UHGV virus genome: UHGV-0277313
DNA: 64,000 nucleotides
Origin: a virus
Direction: 5' to 3' (one strand)
Shown in pieces: positions 9,468 through 20,069 of the stretch. The translations under genes and the position numbers were made by a program. Within the stretch, counting starts at the first letter, position 1, and the number at the start of each line of letters is the position of its first letter. Under the pieces are notes generated by a model. It was not told the origin of the DNA, ran no database searches, and worked only from the letters and a program-made list of their open reading frames with translations.

Positions 9468-10061
9468 ATGGGTTTTTATAGGAAGAAAATAGCTTTTATC
9501 ATTGGAAACGGTGAATCAAGAAAGCCAGTGAAGTTAGATTTTTTACGGGAACAAGGTATTATTTATGGGTGTAATGCACTTTATAGAGATTTTTATCCCG
9601 ATGTGCTGGTGTCATTAGATGAAGCAATGACAAAAGAAATTATTGATGCGAAATATGAAGGTTGTCATATTTACAAAGATAAAAATAAAAGCAAATTAGG
9701 TGTTTTTCTTGTTGATCAAGAAGGAACAAAAGTTACATTAAATAAAGGTTGGTCATCAGGTGCCACTGCAGCCTTTTTAGCTGCTTCATGTGTTGAGTTT
9801 GATGATATTTATTTACTAGGTTTTGATGTTTATAAAACTAGATTTGTGGACAATGTTTATAAAGGTACGGCAAATTATGTTGCTGCAAATGCAAAACCAA
9901 TTAACACAGTACAGTTTCGTGAACAATTAGGTCGTGTTATGAAAAACGCACCTTATAAACATTTTATTTGGGTAACTGATTTCGGTCAAAAAGTGTGGGA
10001 TAACGCAGACAATTGTGACATCATGAAAGTGTCTGATTTTAAACAGAAATTTGGTTGCTAA
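9468..10061 (+). CDS. hypothetical protein; possible CMP-sugar glycosyltransferase-like (GT42/MAF-like) fold
   Basis: N-terminal IIGNGESRK...YGCNALY recalls the IAGNGPS...RCNQFY of Cst-type/DUF115 proteins. Weak. Confidence 0.35.
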   Translation: MGFYRKKIAFIIGNGESRKPVKLDFLREQGIIYGCNALYRDFYPDVLVSLDEAMTKEIIDAKYEGCHIYKDKNKSKLGVFLVDQEGTKVTLNKGWSSGATAAFLAASCVEFDDIYLLGFDVYKTRFVDNVYKGTANYVAANAKPINTVQFREQLGRVMKNAPYKHFIWVTDFGQKVWDNADNCDIMKVSDFKQKFGC

Positions 10062-10598
10062 ATGGCTTATCAGTTAGAATTATTTCCTAAAGAACAGACG
10101 TTTTGGCGTATTACGGCTGATGAGTTAAAAGTCGCAATAATGAAGAAGTATGTGTTTGAAAAACATTATGAATTAGCTGCAAGTGAAGTACATTATTGTG
10201 ATATAGTCATTACAAACATAGATGCAAATCCAATTTTAGAAGTTGAAACGAAGATTAGTTATAATGACTTTTTAGCTGATTTTGATAAAGAAAAACATGA
10301 AAAGTATTTAAATCTTGAAGGTATGGTTCCAGATTATTTTTTCTTTGGCATTCCAGATTATTTAGAAAAACAAGTTTTAGAGTTTTTAGCAAATTCAAAA
10401 TATGATTATTACGGCGTAATTGTTGTAAATTCTGTTGGTTTTGTAACAACTGCAAAAAGGGCTAAAAGGTTTCCAACATCGTCAGCAAACAGACGCCAGT
10501 TTAAAGAGTATTTACTGAAAAGGGAAACAAGACAATTGATTAATTTTTATGACGAGAAGAATTTACAGAATTACTCTTCAGGAATTTCTTTGATTTAA
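10062..10598 (+). CDS. hypothetical protein, possible PD-(D/E)XK-like
   Basis: D-IVIT ... EVETK spacing suggests a nuclease core. Weak. Confidence 0.3.
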   Translation: MAYQLELFPKEQTFWRITADELKVAIMKKYVFEKHYELAASEVHYCDIVITNIDANPILEVETKISYNDFLADFDKEKHEKYLNLEGMVPDYFFFGIPDYLEKQVLEFLANSKYDYYGVIVVNSVGFVTTAKRAKRFPTSSANRRQFKEYLLKRETRQLINFYDEKNLQNYSSGISLI

Positions 10599-10655
10599 GT
10601 CTTGACATATGAACTGAATCTTGATAATCTTTATGAAAGTTTCAAGGAGTTTGTA

Positions 10656-11117
10656 ATGTCTAAAAAAGAATATAAAGCTTATGTAAATTATTTGCCTCAT
10701 TTTCAAGGTGAGAAGCTAAAGTATGCAACAGCAGGTTCAATTGGTTTTGATTTGAATGCTTCTGTTGAAGATACTGTGACAATTAATAGTGGCAAACGTT
10801 TGCTAATTCCAACAGGAATTAGAATTTATTCACCTGATACTGCATGGTTTATTTATCCACGTTCAGGTTTAGCTGCAAAGTTAGGTGTGAACTTAATGAA
10901 TTGTGTAGCTGTAATTGATAGTGATTATTTAGGTGAAGTCAAGGTTTGTATGTTTAATTCTGGTGATAGTGAATTTTTAGTAGGGCCTGGCATGAGGATT
11001 GCACAAGGTGTTATTAATAATGTAGATACGTTCAAATTTATTGAAGTATCAGACGAAGAATTTGATTCTTTCAATACTGAACGTGGCGCTGGTGGTTTTG
11101 GAAGTACGGGTGTTTAA
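10656..11117 (+). CDS. dut: dUTP diphosphatase (dUTPase)
   Basis: Motifs AGSIGFDL, RSGL, IDSDYLGE, RIAQ and RGAGGFGSTG. The start is at the internal Met, preceded by the perfect SD AAGGAG. Confidence 0.85.
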   Translation: MSKKEYKAYVNYLPHFQGEKLKYATAGSIGFDLNASVEDTVTINSGKRLLIPTGIRIYSPDTAWFIYPRSGLAAKLGVNLMNCVAVIDSDYLGEVKVCMFNSGDSEFLVGPGMRIAQGVINNVDTFKFIEVSDEEFDSFNTERGAGGFGSTGV

Positions 11118-11119
11118 TT

Positions 11120-11476
11120 TTGGCTAAAAATGTTATTAAAAATTCGATAAATAAAAATGATTTAGGACATTCAGTATCGTCTTCTGCTGAAATGTTGTTA
11201 GTTGATCATTCAGATTATGGATTGAAATTTGCTTTAGTTTCAAGTGGTTCGTCAACAATTGCTGGTTTGTATGATGATTTAGCAAAAGCTGATATCGATA
11301 GAAAAGGTTTTACAAACATCGAAAGTGGAGTGAAACCTATAGATATGGTTGATTCTGTAAGTGTGAAGAGAGCTTCAAAAAAATCAGTAAGAATACATTT
11401 TATGGATGAACAAACTATATCAAAATATTTAGTGAAATGTACAAAAGTAATGTATGACGATAAAACATCTATTTGA
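11120..11476 (+). CDS. hypothetical protein
   Basis: ORF in an operon context. Confidence 0.4.
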   Translation: MAKNVIKNSINKNDLGHSVSSSAEMLLVDHSDYGLKFALVSSGSSTIAGLYDDLAKADIDRKGFTNIESGVKPIDMVDSVSVKRASKKSVRIHFMDEQTISKYLVKCTKVMYDDKTSI

Positions 11477-11488
11477 TAGGTTTATTTA

Positions 11489-13876
11489 ATGTCTGATCTA
11501 GTTTTTCAAGATTTAATTTCTAAAGATCCTAGCGTTCTTGTATTGTTCGATAAATTTGATTTTGATGATGTGAAAAAATCCAAAGCATTTACATCATCAG
11601 CAGCACGTGGGATTTTAAAGGATATTTATAGTCGCGGTTTTACGAATAATTCCGTCTGTGCGATGTATGTTAAAAATACAGCAGTGTTTGATTTCGATGG
11701 TAATTTAGAAGTATATCGTTTACCAAATGAAAAAGCAAAATCAAAAGGTCAGATTATTGTTAATGAGAAGGATAAAGCCGATTTTAAAAATAGACTTATT
11801 GCGCTATTAATGAGAAACGACTTCAAGTCTTTAATTATTTTAGGGAGAGAAGTTGCGAATGTACTGCAAGAGTTTGGATTTTATGGAGCTGGAAGTTGTT
11901 TAGATACAGCTAAAGAGATTAATTTTGTAGGCAATAAAGTTTTAACAATTGAAACTGTCAGTCCTTTAGAATATTCTTTAGGTTTGACTGAAAGAAATAA
12001 GTTCATTTCAGCAATAGATCAGATTTATTCGACACAGTATGAAGTCACATCTATTGATAATGCAAGTTACGTTGATATTGATACGTTTGCAGGGTATCTT
12101 CGTAAACTTGAAATATTATACGATAATAAAAAGATTGACTGTATGGGTTTTGACTATGAGACGAATTGTTCAGAGTGGTCAGTTCCGTGGGCGAAATTAG
12201 TTGCAGTTTCTTGTTCTGATCGTATTACAAATCACGCTTTTTCGTGTGCGTTGTATCATCCTGAAAAGATTATGCACCCTCGCAAAAAGACTTTGTTAAA
12301 GTGGTTGTTTGCACACATCTTTACAGAAACATTGACAACAAATGAAGAGTATATCAAGCTTGCAAAGAAGTTAGAGCATTTTTATAAAGATGTTTATCCT
12401 AGAATTGAGGAGTTACCGTATAAAGAAGTTCTGAATGACGATGAGTATTTTGTTCTAGAATCTTTGCCTGATTTGGTAAAAGTGTTTAAGAAAGCTGCAA
12501 AAAAGGCTTTTGAAGAAAAGACAAAAGCACATGAAGAATATAAAAAACTTATTTTTGAAGCGGTTAAACGTCTGACGTTTTTAATAAACGATACAGAGTA
12601 TCCGAAAAAGTTGCATGATTTTTATTATTTGCTAGATAAGGTTTTATCAAAAATTCCTGTTGTAGGACACAATATTAAGTTCGATATTGGTTGGTGTGCA
12701 AACATGTGTATTGGTTTGCGTAATTTACGTGTTAAAGCCGATACATTTGGTCAAGCTGTTGCTGTAATGGGGCAAAATTTAGGGACAAAATTAAATCTAG
12801 AATCGTTATCAGTTGACCTTTTAGGTGTTGAGAATAAATGGAAATCAGCATTTCATGCATCACCTCGTTTAGGTAAAGGATCAAAGTTACGTTTTGATCG
12901 TGTTCCTTTAAAGTTGTTAGGACCTTATTCTGCAGCGGATGCTATTACAACAGATTTATTGGATGAATACTTCCAAAAGAAAATGGAAGGTCAACCTATG
13001 AATCTTGTTGAAAAGGAACAAAACATTGCTATTGTCATGTTTTCTTTAGGTGAAGTTCATGGTTTTTCTATACATCCTGAAACAGAAACAAAATTGTATA
13101 AATGGGTTAACAATGGGTTAAGAGATTTACGTAATCAATTAGTTCAGCTTCCGACAGTAAAACGTTTTGTTGAAGATAGAAAGCAAGAGTTGCCTGAAAA
13201 GGAAGCAAGTTTATTTGAATTTAATACAAACACTTCTGGTGCGCAGTCACATAATGCAGCTGTTTTATTCAGGAAAGAATACTTTGGTCTAAAGTCATTA
13301 ACATCAACAGATTCAGGTTATCCTTCTGCTGATGCAGATACTTTAAAAGAGATAAAGAAACAATTGAGTGTTTCAATTAAACAATTTGAAACTGCTAAAT
13401 TAGGTGAAAAAGTTTATTGTGATAATAATGGTGAATTAATTACAAATAAAAATATTGATCGTTTTAAAGAAGCATGTACTTTTTGCGATAACTTGATTAA
13501 AACATCAGGGTTTAGTCAGTTAAACAATATGTATTATAAAGTTTCGTATGATGAGAAAAATGATCGACCTTTAGATAAATTTATTGCAGTATTTAAATTG
13601 GTAGGTGCAACAAAAACAGGACGATTGTCTTCACGTTTTCATTTAGCACCTAAAACAGGCGGCGTGCGATATGTTTATTGTTCAGCGTGGTCAAAAGATA
13701 ATATTCGTAAATATCAGTTTTCGCATGAACCAGGTGTTCGTTATGAACCTTTGTATGGCTTAATGGATGTAGTTTATGAAGACGGTACAACAGAAAAAGT
13801 GTCATACGGTGATTTATTAAATCGTGGTTATACAAAAGACGAAATAGAATCTATTTATAAAGCTAATCAAGTGTAG
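11489..13876 (+). CDS. family-A DNA polymerase, N-terminal half (3'-5' exonuclease plus N-terminal polymerase region ending at the TGRLSS motif)
   Basis: ExoI FDYETN, ExoII VGHNIKFDIGW and ExoIII YSAADAITT are present. The gene ends with KTGRLSSRF...; palm motifs A, B and C are absent. Confidence 0.8.
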   Translation: MSDLVFQDLISKDPSVLVLFDKFDFDDVKKSKAFTSSAARGILKDIYSRGFTNNSVCAMYVKNTAVFDFDGNLEVYRLPNEKAKSKGQIIVNEKDKADFKNRLIALLMRNDFKSLIILGREVANVLQEFGFYGAGSCLDTAKEINFVGNKVLTIETVSPLEYSLGLTERNKFISAIDQIYSTQYEVTSIDNASYVDIDTFAGYLRKLEILYDNKKIDCMGFDYETNCSEWSVPWAKLVAVSCSDRITNHAFSCALYHPEKIMHPRKKTLLKWLFAHIFTETLTTNEEYIKLAKKLEHFYKDVYPRIEELPYKEVLNDDEYFVLESLPDLVKVFKKAAKKAFEEKTKAHEEYKKLIFEAVKRLTFLINDTEYPKKLHDFYYLLDKVLSKIPVVGHNIKFDIGWCANMCIGLRNLRVKADTFGQAVAVMGQNLGTKLNLESLSVDLLGVENKWKSAFHASPRLGKGSKLRFDRVPLKLLGPYSAADAITTDLLDEYFQKKMEGQPMNLVEKEQNIAIVMFSLGEVHGFSIHPETETKLYKWVNNGLRDLRNQLVQLPTVKRFVEDRKQELPEKEASLFEFNTNTSGAQSHNAAVLFRKEYFGLKSLTSTDSGYPSADADTLKEIKKQLSVSIKQFETAKLGEKVYCDNNGELITNKNIDRFKEACTFCDNLIKTSGFSQLNNMYYKVSYDEKNDRPLDKFIAVFKLVGATKTGRLSSRFHLAPKTGGVRYVYCSAWSKDNIRKYQFSHEPGVRYEPLYGLMDVVYEDGTTEKVSYGDLLNRGYTKDEIESIYKANQV

Positions 13877-13882
13877 GTCGTA

Positions 13883-14959
13883 ATGAAAATTTTAACTTTT
13901 GGTGATTTACATTTTCATCATTATCATCAATTTAGTCATCCTGTTGAGTTTGGGTATACAGTTCGTTTACAGGAACAAATCAATACTTGTAAGGAAATTG
14001 CAAAAGTTGTTGTAAAAGAAAATCCAGACGTGATTTGTTGTGGCGGTGATGTATTTCATACATGGTCAACAGTAGATACAATTGTTTTAGATGCGGTTGT
14101 AGAAGGTTTGCATGAAATAGATTTAGCTTGTCAATCAATAGGGAAGAAATTTCATATTATCGTCGGAAACCATGATCAGTTGTCTGATAATAATATGTCT
14201 TCGAATTCATTGCGTCCGTTTAAATATTATCCAAATATTGTTTTACATGAACAGATGGAAGAAGATTTGGAAAATAATATTGTGTATATTCCATATGTTA
14301 TGGAAAGTTCTAGAGTTTCTTCTTTCGTATCAAATATTGAGAACAAAGAGAATAAAGTTGCTATTGCACATCTGGATTTTTTAGGTGCAAAGTATAGTGA
14401 TACAATTGTTGATCAATCAGGAAATGATACGAATGTATTCAAAACATTTAAAAAAGTAATTGGTCATCATTATCATTTACCACAAAAGTTGGGAAAGAAT
14501 TTTGTATTTCCAGGTTCACCACAAGTGTTTTCTTTTAATGAACCACGTTCAGCATTAACTAGAGGTGTTTTATTATATGATACAGAAACAGATAAAGTAA
14601 AAAGAATATCTTTAAATGTTCCTGATTGGGTTAAGATCGATGATATGATGCCTATTGGTGAAATTATTAAAGAGCTTAAATCGAATAATTATGTGAAATT
14701 ATCTTTAGCAAGTGATTATTCATTAAGTGAAGAAGGTTTATCTTTAGAAGATATAAAAAGTAAATTTTTAGGTGTTGAAGTAGAGTTTGATGTTGAGAGA
14801 ATAAAAATATCATCTAGACGACGTGATTCAGAAGAAATCACTTTAGAATCAGAAGAAGATGTGTTAAAAGAGTTTATAAAGAGTCAAGATTGTAGTGAAG
14901 AGTTAAAGAAAAAATATCAACAAGTTGGTTTAAGTATTTTAGGAAAGGTGAGACGATAA
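13883..14959 (+). CDS. Mre11/SbcD-like nuclease (calcineurin-like phosphoesterase)
   Basis: Motifs GDLHF, GGDVFH and VGNHDQ. Confidence 0.85.
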   Translation: MKILTFGDLHFHHYHQFSHPVEFGYTVRLQEQINTCKEIAKVVVKENPDVICCGGDVFHTWSTVDTIVLDAVVEGLHEIDLACQSIGKKFHIIVGNHDQLSDNNMSSNSLRPFKYYPNIVLHEQMEEDLENNIVYIPYVMESSRVSSFVSNIENKENKVAIAHLDFLGAKYSDTIVDQSGNDTNVFKTFKKVIGHHYHLPQKLGKNFVFPGSPQVFSFNEPRSALTRGVLLYDTETDKVKRISLNVPDWVKIDDMMPIGEIIKELKSNNYVKLSLASDYSLSEEGLSLEDIKSKFLGVEVEFDVERIKISSRRRDSEEITLESEEDVLKEFIKSQDCSEELKKKYQQVGLSILGKVRR

Positions 14960-15279
14960 TGTTTGGTAGGATCAAAAGATATTTTATAAAAAGAATGTAC
15001 AAAAGTTGTTCCGAAGAGATAATTTTCATTAGGAATTTTTATAGAAAAGGTATCCTATTGGATCCGAGTAGTTTTTCAGATTTACCGTCAGAAAGACGTT
15101 TAAAGATTTATGAAGAAGAGATTTTAGTCCACATTCCTTATGATGCATATAAAATTTATAAGAGTATGTTTGGTGTAGGTTTTCATATTCATTTAATGTT
15201 TGATGCTTTTGGCTATAGCGATTTTAAAAATGAAGTAGTTGAAGATTTATTTATGGATAAATGTCGTGATGCAAAATGA
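14959..15279 (+). CDS. hypothetical protein
   Basis: ORF whose start is coupled to the sbcD stop (TAATG). Confidence 0.4.
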   Translation: MFGRIKRYFIKRMYKSCSEEIIFIRNFYRKGILLDPSSFSDLPSERRLKIYEEEILVHIPYDAYKIYKSMFGVGFHIHLMFDAFGYSDFKNEVVEDLFMDKCRDAK

Positions 15280-16276
15280 AAATAAAAGGGCTTTAGTTGT
15301 TGACTTGTCATATCAAGTACATCGTTATTTATCTGTACCTCAAATGAGTGAATTGAGGAATAAAGATAAAGTAAAAGTTGGTGGTGTATTTGGTGTTTTA
15401 AAAGCTTTAAACAATGCGTTATCAAACGATTGTTTTAGTAAAGTTATTTGTTGCATGGATAGTTACCCTGCATATAGAAAACAATTGTTTCCTTCATATA
15501 AATCATCGAGAAGAAACAATCCTGATAGTCCAGAGTACGCTTCTTATATAGCAACAGATAAATGGGGTTGGTCACAAAAAAGTACGCAAGAATTTACATT
15601 TAGGACGTTAAAGTTTCTTTTACCTAAATTAAAAATCAAGACAATTATTCAGGAAAATGTCGAAGGGGATGATTTAGTTTATCATACTTGCAAACATTTA
15701 ACTGAACAAGGTTGGTCTTGTACAGCAATGTCTGATGATAAAGATTATTTGCAATTGGTTAATTTAATCCCTGGTATTAAAATTTTACGTGCTATGCATG
15801 GTGATGTTGTTACATCTTTAAACTTTTTCGATAAATGTAAAGTTTATCCAGAGTGGTTTATTTTTTATAAAGCGTTGTTAGGAGACCCTTCAGATGAAAT
15901 CCCAAATGTTGTTAAAGGGTTTGGAGAGGCCTCGATCATTAAGTTCGTGAACAAAGCGCATGAATTAGGGATAGATCCAAATGATTTAAACATGTATGAC
16001 AAATTGTTTAGTCTTGCGGAGAATTGGGAAGATTCAAGATCTAAAAGAAGCGTTCAGAAATTTACAAAAGATTGTTTGCATCTTTTAGAAAAAAATTTAA
16101 ATTTAATGGATTTTCGTAGATGCCCGTATGGGTCAAATAAACATGAAGAGTTGCAGTCATTATTAAATGAAAGCGTTGTCGCTGATGAAAGTGGTGCAAT
16201 TGAACTTTTAGAAAAGCTTGAAATGAAGACAATGATGGCTTTACCGTATTCACCAATAATTAAACGCTTGACTTAA
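15269..16276 (+). CDS. 5'-3' exonuclease/flap endonuclease (T5 D15/RNase H-like)
   Basis: PIN-like VEGDDLV and H3TH LLGDPSDEIPNVVKGFGE motifs. Confidence 0.8.
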   Translation: MQNENKRALVVDLSYQVHRYLSVPQMSELRNKDKVKVGGVFGVLKALNNALSNDCFSKVICCMDSYPAYRKQLFPSYKSSRRNNPDSPEYASYIATDKWGWSQKSTQEFTFRTLKFLLPKLKIKTIIQENVEGDDLVYHTCKHLTEQGWSCTAMSDDKDYLQLVNLIPGIKILRAMHGDVVTSLNFFDKCKVYPEWFIFYKALLGDPSDEIPNVVKGFGEASIIKFVNKAHELGIDPNDLNMYDKLFSLAENWEDSRSKRSVQKFTKDCLHLLEKNLNLMDFRRCPYGSNKHEELQSLLNESVVADESGAIELLEKLEMKTMMALPYSPIIKRLT

Positions 16277-16315
16277 AGTTCTTTTTATTTTATAGTAATG
16301 TTGTTTTGGTGAATT

Positions 16316-16462
16316 ATGGCTGAAGAAATTAAAAATAAGCAAGTTGAAAATGAAGACAATGACGACAATGACGACAATGAAAACAAAGAAATTGATGAAA
16401 TTGTCAGTGAGATTGCAGAAAAAGTAGATGGTTTCTTTTACAACAAGGAACCTGAAAAATGA
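16316..16462 (+). CDS. small acidic protein (48 aa)
   Basis: Unlisted short ORF MAEEIKNKQVENEDNDDNDDNENKEIDEIVSEIAEKVDGFFYNKEPEK with an NDD repeat. Confidence 0.3.
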   Translation: MAEEIKNKQVENEDNDDNDDNENKEIDEIVSEIAEKVDGFFYNKEPEK

Positions 16463-16812
16463 AACATGAAGAATCAAAAATACAAAGACAGGTTGTCAAT
16501 TATTTAAGATTAGAACTTCGTCAGTGTGGAGGATTGGTTTTTGCTGTTCCAAATGGTGGAAAGAGAAGTAAGATAGAGGCACGTATTCAAGTTGCAGAAG
16601 GTACGTTGCACGGGGTTTCTGATTTGATTTTGTTGTTGCCTAATTCAAGGACGGTATTCGTAGAAATGAAAACTGACAAGGGAAAACAGAGTGAATATCA
16701 GAAACAATTTGAAGATTCTGTAACAAACTTGGGTTTTGAATATGTCATTTGGCGTTCAATTGACGATTCAATAAATTGGGTAAAAGAAGCTAAACAAAAT
16801 GGGTGGTTTTAA
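16459..16812 (+). CDS. VRR-NUC domain nuclease
   Basis: AVPNGG..R, D-LILLLP and VFVEMK form a PD-(D/E)XK core typical of VRR-NUC. Confidence 0.7.
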   Translation: MKHEESKIQRQVVNYLRLELRQCGGLVFAVPNGGKRSKIEARIQVAEGTLHGVSDLILLLPNSRTVFVEMKTDKGKQSEYQKQFEDSVTNLGFEYVIWRSIDDSINWVKEAKQNGWF

Positions 16813-17027
16813 TGGTAACTAAAGGTGAAGTTTATCGTCATTTTAAAGGCGGAGTTTATGGTGTTGTAGAAATTGCAACGGATCATAATACAAAGGAGTT
16901 GTGTGTAGTTTATCGTAATTTAGAAACTAGTGAATGTTATGTTCGTCCGATGTGTGATTTCGAATCTAAAGCAATTGGTGGTGTTCAACGTTTTACATTG
17001 ATCGACAAGGTTGACATTAAAAACTAA
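16803..17027 (+). CDS. DUF1653-like small protein
   Basis: YRHFKGGVYGV signature. Confidence 0.45.
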   Translation: MVLMVTKGEVYRHFKGGVYGVVEIATDHNTKELCVVYRNLETSECYVRPMCDFESKAIGGVQRFTLIDKVDIKN

Positions 17028-17068
17028 AAATTTTTTTGTTCTTATTGTATAAAAAAAGGAAAAGCACG

Positions 17069-17407
17069 ATGACAGAGTATGTAAAAAGTTTAGTTGAAAA
17101 CCTTTATAAAGAGTCAGATTTTTATGAACAGGATTTAGAAATTTATCCATATGTAGAAAAATTGGCAACTTTTTTAGGTTTAGAAGATGCAGCTGATCTT
17201 TACGCATTCTATAATCGTGCTTTATTTTACGATTCTTTAGATGATGTAAAAAGACATGAATCATCAATGGACGATTGGGAATTCGAAATTTATAAACGAT
17301 TTTTTGAGAAGTTTGGAAAACTTGATGAAGATTTTACAGAAGAAGACTTCAAAAAGTTTAATTCAAATCAAAAAGAATATGATGAGTTTCACAGTACGTT
17401 AAATTAA
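17069..17407 (+). CDS. hypothetical protein
   Basis: ORF with RBS AAAGGAAAAG. Confidence 0.45.
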   Translation: MTEYVKSLVENLYKESDFYEQDLEIYPYVEKLATFLGLEDAADLYAFYNRALFYDSLDDVKRHESSMDDWEFEIYKRFFEKFGKLDEDFTEEDFKKFNSNQKEYDEFHSTLN

Positions 17408-17434
17408 TTCAACTTTAATCTAAAGATTATCTAA

Positions 17435-19330
17435 ATGTTGCAAATTGTTTCTGTAAAAGGCGAGAATTTTCGTTCCTTTAAAAAGTTTGACTTCCAAATA
17501 AAAGAAGGTTTGTGGGTAGTAAAAGGCGCAAATAAAGATGATAGTGCGTCTGATTCAAACGGAAGTGGTAAGTCAACATTATTTTGTGATAGCATTATTT
17601 GGTGTTTAACTGGCAATACTGTTAATGGTCTTGACAGTGAAGATGATGTTGTTAATTTGAAAGCAAAAAAAGATTGTTTTGTTGAAGTAACAATTAATAA
17701 TGATAATCATGTTGTTAAAGTTATTCGAACAAGAAAACATACACAGTTTAAAAATAATCTTTTATTAGAAGTAGATGGTCAGTCGCTTTCTGCGCATCGT
17801 ATTAAAGACACACAAGACCGTGTGAATCAAATCATTAAGATTAGTCCTGCATTGTTAAAGTCAACGATTATTATGGCAGGTGATATCTCTAATAGATTTT
17901 CTGAATTAACGCCAAAAGATCGTATTGCATTATTGGAATCAGTACGTGATTATAAAGTTTGGTCTGATTTCCGCGAAGAATCAAAGATTTCATTGAATCA
18001 ATATATTTCACAAATTGATGATTTGAAGGCATCTAATTCAAATAGCGAGGGCCAGCTTACAGCTATTTCAGGTTTCATTGAAGGATTGTCAAAAGATTAT
18101 CTAGAGGAAAAAGAAAAAACTTTTTCTGAAGATGAAATTCATGTTCTCGAAAATGAATTAAACGAATTAAATTCTTTAAATGATAATAAGGAAGAAATAA
18201 ATCGTTTATCAGTTGAGTTAAAAGAAAAGAACGAAGAAGTTGCAATTGTTACAAACGAACATAATAAAGCAGTTGGTGCGTTAAATAGTTTGTATGCAGA
18301 AAGCTCAAATTTGAAGTATGAAATACAATCGGCTCAAAATAGTATTAAACAGTATAGTACTTTATTGACAACTGATAATGTTTGTCCGACATGTGGCCAA
18401 AAGGTGATTATGTCGGAAGAAAAAAAGTTGGAATTATTGCGGTCATTATCAACAACAAAAAAATCTTTTTTGGAAGCTGTAGAAAAAGAAAAGTTGGTTG
18501 CTGAAAAGATATCTTCGACTTCTATAAGCGAACCTGACGGTTTAGCAAATTTAAGAAATGCGATCACAAATATTTCTTTAAAAATTCAGGAATTGTCTTT
18601 TAAAGATAATGCTGTGAAAGATAAAATTGTTTCGTTAACTCGTAACATCAAAGCATTAAAAGATAATATTGCATCACATAGTTTACGTTTAGAAAGTTTG
18701 ATTAATCAGATTTCTCAATATAAACAGCAAGCATTGTCTATTAAAACGATTATTGAGGAAAATAATAAATTATTAATTGAACTTGATCAAGAACGTAATG
18801 CATATCAATTTTTTTATGATAGTTTAGGGCCTAGAGGTAATTTACGACCATACCTGTTGCGTAAAGATGTTGCATATCTTAATAATGTATTGCAGTACTA
18901 CGCAGCTAGATTATATTCAGGATGTTCAATTAAATTAACTATTCCAACTATTGATTCAAACAAAATAGACATTATTTTTGAGAATACAAATGGTTTAGTT
19001 AAATCTGTTTCAATGTTATCAAAAGGTGAACGTAAGCGTTTAGATTTGTGTATTCAATTTGCTATTTATGATTTAGTACGCTCAACAGCAATGTTTGATA
19101 CTAATATCCTAATACTTGATGAGATATTTGAAAGTCTTGATGTAGCAGGAATTAATCACGTTGTGACAATGTTGGAAGAAAGATCAGAGGTTATTCCTAG
19201 CATTTATGTCATCACACATAATCCAAATGCATATGGGTTGATTCCAAGACAAATTCTTGTTAGTAAAAATAATGATATTTCAAAAGTAACTTTTAAAAGT
19301 GGTGAGTCTGATGGAAAAACAGAAGCTTAA
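17435..19330 (+). CDS. Rad50/SbcC-like ATPase
   Basis: Walker A SNGSGKST, zinc-hook CPTCGQ, signature LSKGERKR, Walker B LILDE and H-loop ITHN. Confidence 0.85.
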   Translation: MLQIVSVKGENFRSFKKFDFQIKEGLWVVKGANKDDSASDSNGSGKSTLFCDSIIWCLTGNTVNGLDSEDDVVNLKAKKDCFVEVTINNDNHVVKVIRTRKHTQFKNNLLLEVDGQSLSAHRIKDTQDRVNQIIKISPALLKSTIIMAGDISNRFSELTPKDRIALLESVRDYKVWSDFREESKISLNQYISQIDDLKASNSNSEGQLTAISGFIEGLSKDYLEEKEKTFSEDEIHVLENELNELNSLNDNKEEINRLSVELKEKNEEVAIVTNEHNKAVGALNSLYAESSNLKYEIQSAQNSIKQYSTLLTTDNVCPTCGQKVIMSEEKKLELLRSLSTTKKSFLEAVEKEKLVAEKISSTSISEPDGLANLRNAITNISLKIQELSFKDNAVKDKIVSLTRNIKALKDNIASHSLRLESLINQISQYKQQALSIKTIIEENNKLLIELDQERNAYQFFYDSLGPRGNLRPYLLRKDVAYLNNVLQYYAARLYSGCSIKLTIPTIDSNKIDIIFENTNGLVKSVSMLSKGERKRLDLCIQFAIYDLVRSTAMFDTNILILDEIFESLDVAGINHVVTMLEERSEVIPSIYVITHNPNAYGLIPRQILVSKNNDISKVTFKSGESDGKTEA

Positions 19331-19565
19331 AGATGCTTTAATTCGTTTGTCAGTGTTAAAAGATGTTGACATTTCTGATAAATTTGATAAGATAGCAAAT
19401 GCAAAAATAATCTTGAATGTTGGGTTTAGATGTCCATGTTGTCCTAATGATCGAGAGATGGCTTGCATTAGTAGAAAGTGTTACAATGATATTCAGAAAA
19501 ATGGTGTATGTCATTGTGGATTGTTTAAAAAAAAAAGAAAGAAGAAAGTAAGGTTTAAAAGTTAA
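19299..19565 (+). CDS. small Cys-rich (zinc-binding) protein
   Basis: CPCCPN...C..CHCG. Confidence 0.4.
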   Translation: MVSLMEKQKLKDALIRLSVLKDVDISDKFDKIANAKIILNVGFRCPCCPNDREMACISRKCYNDIQKNGVCHCGLFKKKRKKKVRFKS

Positions 19566-20069
19566 ATGAATAAAGACGATATGTTTGATAAACTGTTTGA
19601 AAATAAAGGTTTTTCTGTTTATCATGATGGTGAAAAATTAGCACGTTATGTTTGTGATGATGGTAGTATTGATTATGTTGATGAAGATACAGATGATACT
19701 ATGATCACAATTTCTAATGGCAAAATTTGTTGTACAGAATGTGATTGCAAAATCGGTTATAGTAATTGTGAAGTTGTTAATGATCATTCTATTAATCTAA
19801 TTTGTCCTGATTGTCTTTATGAATATAAAGTCGTATTTTCGAACGTTGACAAGATTCCAATGTCAAAAGATATCAAAGCTTTACTTGATGGAAGTATTTA
19901 TGAAGCGTTGTTAGGGAATCAGATTATTCATGTTAAATATTCTGACGGAAAGTTTTTGTGTATTGAGGAAAATGACAAACCTGTAAAACCCGAAATGTTA
20001 AATAAAGAAGTCTTTTTATCAAATGCACAGTTGGCTGATTTGAGAAAAGAAGAGAAAAGTTGTGAATAA
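19566..20069 (+). CDS. Cys-rich hypothetical protein
   Basis: Multiple CxxC pairs. Confidence 0.5.
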   Translation: MNKDDMFDKLFENKGFSVYHDGEKLARYVCDDGSIDYVDEDTDDTMITISNGKICCTECDCKIGYSNCEVVNDHSINLICPDCLYEYKVVFSNVDKIPMSKDIKALLDGSIYEALLGNQIIHVKYSDGKFLCIEENDKPVKPEMLNKEVFLSNAQLADLRKEEKSCE

